The translations under genes and the position numbers were made by a program. The notes beneath the pieces are model-generated. The model was not told where the DNA came from and made no database searches. It saw only the letters and a program-made list of their open reading frames with translations. DNA of 56,599 nucleotides, the filler included, from Jimgerdemannia flammicorona (lineage: Eukaryota): NCBI GenBank assembly GCA_003990765.1. It is 2 parts of 2 records of this genome, joined end to end, with 100 filler letters (N's around TTAATTAATTAA, not from the genome) between each part and the next. Parts side by side here need not be neighbours in the genome. Positions count along the whole stretch, not along the records: positions 28,353 to 56,599 come from RBNJ01000577.1; 1 more part is not named here. One strand, given 5' to 3'. Below, piece after piece: positions 47,880 through 56,599 of this stretch (position 1 is its first letter; the number at the start of each line of letters is the position of its first letter).

Positions 47880-50800
47880 GTTGAATAGTCTTGATGGGGG
47901 TGTTTCGGGGGGTCCTCGAGAGTGCATCAGCATTGGTGTTGGTCTTTCCTGAGCAGTGCTTGATAGTACAGTCATACTCTTGTAGCCTGTAGATCTATCT
48001 GGCATATATTCCTTTGGGGTTCAGAGTGTGGAATAGTCAGGCAAGAGCAGAATGGTCTGTTTGAATAGTGAAGTGTTTCCCAGCTAAGTAGTAGTGGAAC
48101 TTGTCTACTGCCCAGACTACTGCTAAGCATTCAAGCTTGCATGACTCGTAGTTCTGTTCTACTCTGTGGGTACCTCAGCTTGCATAGGAGATGACATATT
48201 CATGTCCATCTTTCTTCTGAGCTAGGACTGCTCCAAGTCCTATAGCACTCGCATCTGTCTGCAGGATGAATTCTAGGTTCCAGTCTGGTCTTCTGAGGAT
48301 GGGTGCTTGGGTCAACCTGATCTTGAGTTCATTGAAGGTTTCTTGGCACTCCTTGGTCCATTCGAATTTGGTCTCCTTCTTCAGTAGCTCATAGATAGGT
48401 GCTGTAATATTGGAGTATCCTTTGATGAATCTTCTGTAGTAACTGGCCAGTCCAAGGAAGGCGTGGACTTCTGTGGTTGTTCTGGGTCTCGGGTAGGCTG
48501 CAACAGCCTTGATCTTCATGGGGTCTGTGTGGATTCTGGTCTGGTTGATGAGGTGTCCTAGGTAGGTGATTTCTTGAGCTGCAAACTTGTATTTCTTGGG
48601 CTTGATGTAGAGGCCATGCTCCTTGAGCCTCTTGAGGGCTAGCTGTATGTGATTGACATATTTCCATGCAGTATTGCTGAAGATAATCATATCATCAACA
48701 TAGACAAAGAGCCATTTTCCAATCTCATTGCTGAAGACTCTGTTCATCATTCACTGGAAACTTGCTGGGGCATTGCACATTCCAAATGGTATTCGCAGAT
48801 AGATATAGGTGGCGTCAGGTGTGATGAAGGCTGATTTCTCACTGGCATCTTGAATACTGGCAAGGTCCATTCCTATGACTTCTTCAGTCTTGTATTCTGG
48901 GATCTTGGCTTCAGAGTGAAACTTCTTGACCTTGAGGGTAATGTCTGATTCTTGTTCCTCCTCATCATCGCTATCAGCTTGAAGCTCTGGGGGCTGGTCA
49001 TCTTCTTCGGCTTTCCTTTTTGCTTCAGCGGCTTCTTGCTCATGTTTCTGTTGGCAGATTTTCCTGACTTCACTGATACAGGACCAGCAGTCATTCAGGT
49101 GTTCAGAGCAGTACATTCTAGTACCATGGGGGCATCTTCCTTGAAGGGCATAGCCATCAATGATCTTATTGTACCACTGCTCATCTGTGAGCTTGGGTGT
49201 CTTGCTCTTGTTCTTGTTCACTGAGTACATGAAGACCTCTGTGTCTTCTTCATCTCCTTCCTCCATGTCTGGTAGGACTCCTTTGTGGACATTGATAGAG
49301 ACTTGTACCTTTCTTCCTCTGTAGTTGATCTGCATCTTCTGGGCATTGAGGTCAATGATGGCCTTGGCCTTGTGAAGCCATTGGTTGCCAATGAGGATAT
49401 CATAGTTGGTGGTGCTTGTGACAATCACATCTACTGGGATGGTAGCTTCTTCTATCTTGATGGGGACTTCTCAGATTTTGCCAAGGGGGGTAGCTCATGT
49501 ACCATCTGCTGTGACATAGACCATCTTGGTAGACTCTTCAATATCCCAACCTAGGCAGTCAATTGCCTTCTTACTCATGAGGCATCCTTCAGCACCAGTA
49601 TCAATGATGGCATCAAAGATATAGTCTTCGATCTGGCAGGGGGTATAGGCTGATGTCTTGCACTGGTCTTCGGATTCTTCACCTGAGTTCTCGGATTCTT
49701 CCTGTGCATTGTGGGCTTCTACAATCTTGTACTCTTGATTCTTGGCTGTAGTTGCAAGTCCTACTCTCAACTGCTGTCTGAAGGCAGGAACTTCAGCTAG
49801 TTGTCCAAAAGTGGCATTGACCTTCTGTTCCTTGAGGTCCTTGTAGATGTCATACTGGTGGATCTTGGTCTTGCACAGCTTCTGTTCCTTCTTGCTTTCG
49901 CTTTCTCCTGAGACTGGAGTAGTGTCTTCTATGATTTGGTGGGCAGCTTCGTCTAACTCCATGTCTTGATCAATCTCCTCGGGTTGAGTCATGCTTTGAA
50001 TAGTGATAGCTGGGGTCTTCTTTAGTCTTTCAACTGGCTTGCTATTGCTCTTCTTGTCATAGGGCTTGGACTGGGTTCTGGTACCTTTAGTAGCAGGGTA
50101 GAATTCGAGCTCCTTATAGTATTCTTCATCATCAGTATTACCAATCTCCTCGATGACTACTGCATTGGTTTGTTCTCTGGTTCTGCTAGCATTGCTTAGT
50201 TGGGCTTTGCATCTTGTTTCGGTCATGCAACTCTTTGCATAGTGGCCTTCTTCTCTACATCTGAAGCATATAATATTGCATTCTTCTGTAGTAACTGCAA
50301 ATCTCTGCACTGGTCTCCTGTTAGCACTTCGGACTTCTCTAACAACATCACTAAGGAGTGCAGTCATCTCAGCGAACTACTTGGCGAGTTCTTCCACTGG
50401 ATCAGCTTTGGCTGTCTTGGGGGTAGGTGGGGTTGGTTATCTGTTTACGACTGTGGCAGATAAGATACTAGTTGGCTTTGATGGCTCCATCTTGATGCCA
50501 GTTATATTCTCCATTGAGTGTTTGGCAGGGTGTCTGGCAGTTCAATATCTCTGAGCAAAGACCACTTTCTGATCAAGGGTCAGTGTAGCTGGGGTAGACT
50601 GGATTGCTAGGGCAATTTCAGGGTGAACTCCTTTGAGGAAGGTTGAATCCACTATTTGTTCCTTGAGGTAGTCATCATAGCCAGCCAAGACAATCTGATG
50701 GCAAATTCAGGTATAGAATGAGTTGGGATCTTCACTAAGTCTCTGGCAGATAGTATTGAGTTGATCCTTGAGAGCTTGCTTGATCTCTTCGGTATAATAT

Positions 50801-51030
50801 GTTGTTCTGAGGAAGATCTTCATGTTGGCAAGTTTGGCTGCACCAGCATCAGCAATGGTGGCTGCATTGAACTTATCTCTGACAGGTCCTCTAAGGCTAA
50901 CTGGTAGAAGGGCCAATTGAGCATCCACACCAAGGGCTCATTTGATGGCAAATTATTCAAAGTCTTCAATGAAGGTCAGGATTGACTCTTCAGTAGTATA
51001 TCCATAGAATGTGGGGGGACGCATTTCCAT
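47872..51030 (-). pseudogene. gag-PR-(partial dUTPase)-RT-RH of D
   Basis: RPPTFYG gag start, CFRCREEGHYAKSC, IIDTGA, LIGNQWL, PFGMCNAPASFQ, YVDD, FLGLASYYRRFI, TDAS, NADALSR. Confidence 0.92.
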
Positions 51031-51150
51031 CTTGTCTTGAATTCTTACAGGGGTAACTCTTGTAGTCAGGGTAGTTGTTGTGGGGGTTGTTCATTTTTCA
51101 GCTTGAAAGTGAGAGATTCATCTTGAATCACCAGCCAATGGGCACCAAGT

Positions 51151-52688
51151 TGTCACATAGTGGTCGCTGAGTCCTTCAAATATACCAGATTCTCTTCAAG
51201 GTGTATCTCTTAGACTAACTCAAGTTTGTTATAAGCAAGTTCTTATTGGAGTGCCTTCCCAAGGTCTTATAGTCCTCAAACTTCTTATCTTTAACTGTCT
51301 TGTTATCTTTTAGATTGCTTACAAGGAAGTGTGTATATTGTACTAAGTTGACTGACTTTATTTCAGAGGAAATAAGAGGGGTATTTATACAAAATATAAT
51401 TCAATGGTTGCTAAGATATAAAGCTAAATATAATTCCAATAACTAAAACTACCAAGTTCCAGGGCTGGCATTGATGGTTGTACAGGTTCAGGATGCTGGC
51501 ATTATTTGGTATTACATCAAAATGCTGGTGCTGGAACAATTTCGCGTCACCTCAGAATACCAGTGCTGGCATTATCCAGTGTTACATGAGAATACCGGTG
51601 CTGGTATTATCCAGTGTAACAAAGAACTTAGAGCAGAAAGTTCAGGATCATGGGGGCTTCATCATCATCATCACTGAAGGAGATAAGATCTATGAATTCA
51701 TCATACAGGTCACACGTTTCGCGTACCTCGATGTCACATGGGATGACATCATCACCGATGACGTCATCACGTTCAGCTGTGGTGGGGAAATCGGGAACAA
51801 GATCTGGAGCTCTCCAGTCTATGAGGTTCTCTTCCACAAAATAAGGAACAAATGTGGGGTCTTGGGGAGATCTAACCTAGATACTTGGACCTTGGAATAC
51901 TGAGATCAATTCTTGCAGGAATTGGTCTAGATTGTTCTGAAGGATGGGGTGCCAGAAGTCTTCTACTTCTTCGCTGTTGAGGGTGATAGCAGACTGGGCT
52001 TCTGTAGCCACCCTGGCTTCTAGTGCATTGATACGGCAGGATGACAGGTCTCTGAAGTCTGAGACTCTAACATACTCCAAGTTGGAGATCGACCATGGTG
52101 CATGCCTGAAGATCTGATGGATCTTCTTAGCTGTCCTCATTTCGCATATATCCATGGGAGTGGCATCTTGTAGCTCTTGGGTGCTGGCCTATGGGAACTC
52201 CTGGTAGAGAAGGTTTCCTATTTCGTACTCCTGCTACATTTGGAGGTATTCGGTGGCAATGGTGATCCTTGTTTCCATTTCACAGTGGTAGAGGATAAAG
52301 TGATAGGGGTCTGCAGTACCCAGGTTGACACTAGGAGTCCTTCTTGAGCAGGTCCTCATGGCTCTTCTGATGTCTTGGAACATCCTTTTTTCGACTGAGA
52401 TACCTTGGTGGTTCCTTGACCTTGAGGTTTGGTGGGCAGCAGGCATTTCGTTTGTGGTAAGTCTTTGAGCTATTTTGGGATTAGTGGTTCTTATTGGTTG
52501 CTGCTACTGCAGTTCCTTGATCCTTCTTTTATATTCTTCAGGATGCTTATACTGTGGTCACAATGACTCACAGTTGGTCATCATTGCTCATCTTGTATGC
52601 TGTATGATCTTCTTATGCTTCAATCTGGTGGCTTACAAGGAAAGGCTGTCTCCTGTGCTGATGTCATCATTCTGGAGTCACCGTTACA
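51151..52688 (-). repeat. 5' LTR of D (1538 bp)
   Basis: TG...CA ends; adjacent to PBS; direct repeat of 38876-40432. Confidence 0.96.
51628..52446 (-). pseudogene. second LTR copy of the accessory ORF
   Basis: Same frame as the 278-aa ORF but broken by transition-derived stops (TGG>TAG at ~52234; another at ~51877). Confidence 0.85.
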
Positions 52689-53939
52689 ATATTTAAGTTA
52701 AATCTCATTTATTTACTTCTTATAAATAGCAGATCTGGTTTGGCATTAGGTGAGAAGTTATGTCATAAATCCAATATGCTTCTTTAACTATATTGTTTTG
52801 CTTTTAGGCTTCTTCTCTTCTAGTAAGATAAGATAGTACTTTTTTGACCAAATGGGCAATTACTATGTATTTTTCATTCTTTTTTGGTCTTATTGTACTG
52901 AATTTATTTATCATATTACAATTTTTTACTAAATAGATGATTTTCCACAATAGTATCCTTAGAGGTAGCATTGGTGGCATATTTATACAATTTAAAGTAT
53001 ATTCTGGTTGAGTTCATTGACTCTGAGTTTTGTCCAGAAACTGCATCTTGAGCTCATTTAAGAGTGGCACCAATTTGTTGAAGTATTTTATTAACTTTAT
53101 TAGTCTATTTGGCTTTCTTTAGAAGTTGCTGTCACTTTTGGTACTTGGTATTTTGTTTGGCACTAACAGTGGCTTTTCATTTCATCAAGATTCATTCTTT
53201 ATCATCAGAGGACTCTTTATCACTAACCAGAAGTGATGATAGTGTTGTTTCTGTTTTACTTATATAAAAAAATTCTTCATTGGTTATAATTTATATTTCT
53301 TTCCATCTTATCTATACAGTAATAAATACCTGGATTTTATCAATGGTGTTAAGAATATTATTCAGGAAATTAGAATGATTGAGTCACAGATCTATCCTGA
53401 TAATAAATACTATTTGTTTATCATTTTTCTTATCTAGGTAGTTATGCTTACCAGTTCTGAACTAAGCCTCAAATTTCCACATATTTTGTAAACTAAATTG
53501 CTAAGAATATGGATAGAAAGTATAATATATAAACTATAATTTTATGATATAACTGCAGACATGAACTAGTAGATGCTAATAGATTTGTTTTCTTGAAAAC
53601 ACAGCTATATGAACTAAATAGCAAGTATATGGACAGAAATGTATAGTAATATAAACTAAAGAGCTGTGAACTCAAACTATATTAAATAATATTAATCTGA
53701 ACAGCTGCAAATATGAACTAGTAAATATGAACTGAAGTTTTTTTTTTCTGATGATATTATATTATATTGATTTAATTAATATATAGAATAAAAAATATAA
53801 AATTTTAAAATATATTTTACTTACTTACTAGCTTGTTCTTTAGGAATAATTTATATACCTTTAACTATGTATAATATTCTGATCTACATATATATTTTCT
53901 ATAATTTATTTTACATAATATTTAATATTATCTGAGAGC

Positions 53940-54640
53940 AGGTTGCAGTCACTCTTTAGCAGCTAATATTATCAGAGATACTTGCTCAGAAGAAAACATG
54001 AGGAATTATATAGCTTGCCAATCTGCTATGAAAGTAACATATTGACAAACTATTTAGAGGCTGATGTTACAGACAACTTGGGGTTGACAAAATTGTAGTA
54101 TCAAATAACTCTCAAATAAAACATTTCTTTGGCAGACGATATGACAAAAGAAGGCCACACCACAATGTTGAATTGCACATCCAGCAGAGATTGTCACCAG
54201 CTTTTATATGATTCATCCTCATTTCGACCAATTCAGTACACTCATCCAGAAATAACTCCATGCTCAAAATCTCCTAGGCTCTCATATATTTGAATGAGTA
54301 TGTTTTCACTACAATTGTGCCCAAAAGTGAGGTGTACATACCTAACCCTCACGCATGCCTCTGTCACAACTTTTTGCTTTTCCAAGTTTGCTCCAACCCA
54401 GTCAGATGCTCTGGTAGGAAATTGTGATATATCTTTGCGGTGATCAATACTTTTATCATTCTATTTTCTCTCTGCTCCTCGGTACCAAACCTCTGTCAAG
54501 GGAAAGTTGTTTTTGATAAAGTCAATTGTTCCGATAAAGCAGAGGATGACCATCTCTGCTGCTTCAAGTTATATCCTGTCATTTGACATAATAGTGCGTA
54601 GAGAAGAATCAAATATCTTAACCAGGAACTGTTGTCAGTT
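53940..54640 (-). pseudogene. degenerate coding-like sequence, unknown
   Basis: Protein-like minus-strand frames interrupted by TGA/TAA/TAG, with a GTATGT intron-like donor near 54341; no recognisable domain. Confidence 0.25.
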
Positions 54641-54865
54641 AAACTTGTAGGATGCTGCAAGAAGCATACAGCTGAATGACACAGTGACTCATAAGTTCAC
54701 CTTTGTTTAATACAGAATAAGTATTACCTGCTCACTTTCGCTTTTATTCCTTATGTTAGAGGTGGCTGAAAAGCCTTTAGTGATCTTGAGCATTATCATA
54801 ATCATCCTGGCGTTTGCTGCGATGAAATTCCCCACATTCTCATCCACATTTCGAATGTTAGCACA

Positions 54866-56497
54866 TCAGTAACTCCTGCCACCACCGTCAACAACCACTG
54901 CTACCATCACTTCGACAACCACTGCCACTATCATGTCGAAAATCACTGCCACCATCACGTCAAAACCACTGCCACCATCACATCGAAAATCATTGCCACC
55001 ATCATATCGAAAACCACTGCTATAATTACGTTGAAAACTACTGTTGCCATCATGCCGACAAGCATTGTTGCCATCAAGTTGACAACCACCCCAGTTAGGG
55101 AGGACCAACCACTGTCTATTGTCATATGATACAGGTACAGTATCAACCTCAGTTATTCTTCGCTTGGAGCTTGGAGGCACCTGACCTCGAAGGACGAAAG
55201 GTATATGCACAGCAAGGGGAGCGGACAGCACATGGTTAGCTATTGATATCCAGTAGGAGGCAGGTCTCGGAGAAGATGAGCGAGAGATGACCTCACAATA
55301 GTAACTGCAGATTTCCAGGTCTTTACCAACAGTAAATTACCCACAATTGCATTCTATGGACCGACTGCCTGCTCACTCCGAACCTTTCAACAAAAGCATG
55401 CCCGCCCACTATAGGGAAGTCATCCTGCTCCAGAACATCATGACCGGCTGATAGCTTCATTTCCAGGGTCCCAGCGGGATAGGGCACGAGGTGAAAATGA
55501 TTGAGAGGTCCTACACTGTCGAAGAGCAGGCGATGTTCTTTTTTACTTTCTGCCAATAGAATCAAAGTTTTGAATGACTGTTTGGATTCTTGGAGACGAA
55601 ATGCGAAACTACTCTCTTTTGTATAGAAATGGAAAATTAACCAGGCCTTCACACTCCGCTATGTTATAACGGATTGCATTCTCAAAGTTAGTAGCATGCC
55701 CATCAGTAAAGATGGTTACGAGGTCAGAGCAGAGGAGGCAGATGGGACAGTATGAAAGCCTTTGAATTCCTTAACAGCTCTGTGCTTCTACATTCAACTA
55801 AAATTTCTGTGCTTGCTGTGAATACTCTCATTCCACTGATACGTTTGTCGTCATCTGTGTAGGAAGTGAGCTTTAAGTGGTTTGGGGAATTGGTTTTAGG
55901 AGGCTCTTTACTGTGTTGGAATGATTTTGTACAATGCATTACTTGATAATAAGAAATTCCAAGGTTCGATGATGACCTCTAACAATGATGGAGCAAAAAA
56001 TACTTTCATCCGGAGTTAGGATAGTTCTGATCAACTTTCGAAGGTTGTTCAAAAGGTTGTGCAATATATAGGGCCAATGAGGATCAATTGTCTCCGCTTG
56101 GCGTTACCACAGTGATGATCTCATTTGGCTGACCATTTTTTTTTTTTTTTTTTTTTTTTCACATCGACAGAGATAAACATGTGTTATGAGCTCAAATTTC
56201 TATACGTGGATATAAAGGAGCTGAAGAGCGTCGTTCATTTTGTTCCAATTCCCCATCAATCAAGAATGTGATCTGGAGAGGAATTTCAGAGTGTATATAC
56301 TCGGGCCTCTCTTTGCCCACCCACAGAGCTCTACTTTCAACCTGGTTATCACTGACCTTGTCCCATATCTGACCTTCTCTCACGCTCGCATTCGTCAAGG
56401 ACTTGAATATCTGTCTTAACATCTTTGAATACTTTAATGATTGGTATATATCTGCCAGTGTGGTGATAGCATTGTCTCTTATTGAATTGCTTGTCAA
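54866..56497 (-). CDS. possible multi-exon gene of unknown function
   Basis: Co-oriented ORFs 56192-56497, 55724-55939, 55323-55652 and 54866-55231 in CpG-retaining DNA; no domain recognised and exon structure unresolved. Confidence 0.3.
54880..55085 (-). repeat. degenerate ~21-bp minisatellite encoding DGGSGFR-like units
   Basis: Repeated CCACTGCCACCATCAC..CGAAAA units; ORF 54866-55231 reads DGNSSFQRNYSSGFRYDGGNDFRCDGGSGF. Confidence 0.7.
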
Positions 56498-56565
56498 GCA
56501 GCTCTACGATTCGTGCATTGCGCATCTTAAGAAGTATGGAAATTTAAGGTAGGGAGCATTCGCTA

Positions 56566-56567
<2 letters not shown>

Positions 56568-56599
<32 letters not shown>
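56568..56599. repeat. poly-T at contig end (another at ~56135-56159)
   Basis: Directly visible. Confidence 0.9.

Larger units (their letters stand above)
38876..52688 (-). mobile_element. Ty3/Gypsy element D with both LTRs, no chromodomain, internal pol deletion, carrying LINE D in its integrase
   Basis: LTRs 38876-40432 and 51151-52688; ATAT TSD on both sides; PBS TGGTGCCCATTGGC at ~51134-51147; PPT AGGAGGAAGA at 40433-40442; order gag-PR-RT-RH-IN. Confidence 0.96.

Noticed and set aside
51134..51147. Assigning a specific tRNA to the element D PBS
   Set aside because: TGG start and position fit a PBS, but the tRNA cannot be identified without the host tRNA set

Overview
Eukaryotic, fungal-looking DNA (organism is inference) that is about 80% decayed transposons. 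The window is really two ~28.25 kb contigs joined by an artificial N44-TTAATTAATTAA-N44 linker at 28253-28352. It holds five Ty3/Gypsy LTR retrotransposon copies: A1 890-5046 (+), A2 22321-26679 (+), B 28353-30888 (-), C 30889-37430 (-) and D 38876-52688 (-), which keeps both LTRs and an ATAT target-site duplication. It also holds four L1/Tx1-type LINEs (three nested, two with clear TSDs), hAT/MITE ends, a CpG-retaining island with an intact Ser/Thr kinase (5855-7471), and degenerate unknown genes at the right end. Repeats are riddled with C>T/G>A transitions. The main result is one unannotated ~280-365 aa accessory protein family in three different Gypsy elements. It sits between pol and the PPT in A1, but inside the U3 region of enlarged LTRs in C and D, each time behind its own TATA-like box. 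The same elements also share a dUTPase plus an adjacent Cys/His motif at different pol positions and a near-identical LTR TATA/polyA core. This suggests module exchange between lineages. All alignments were made by eye and no database search was possible.
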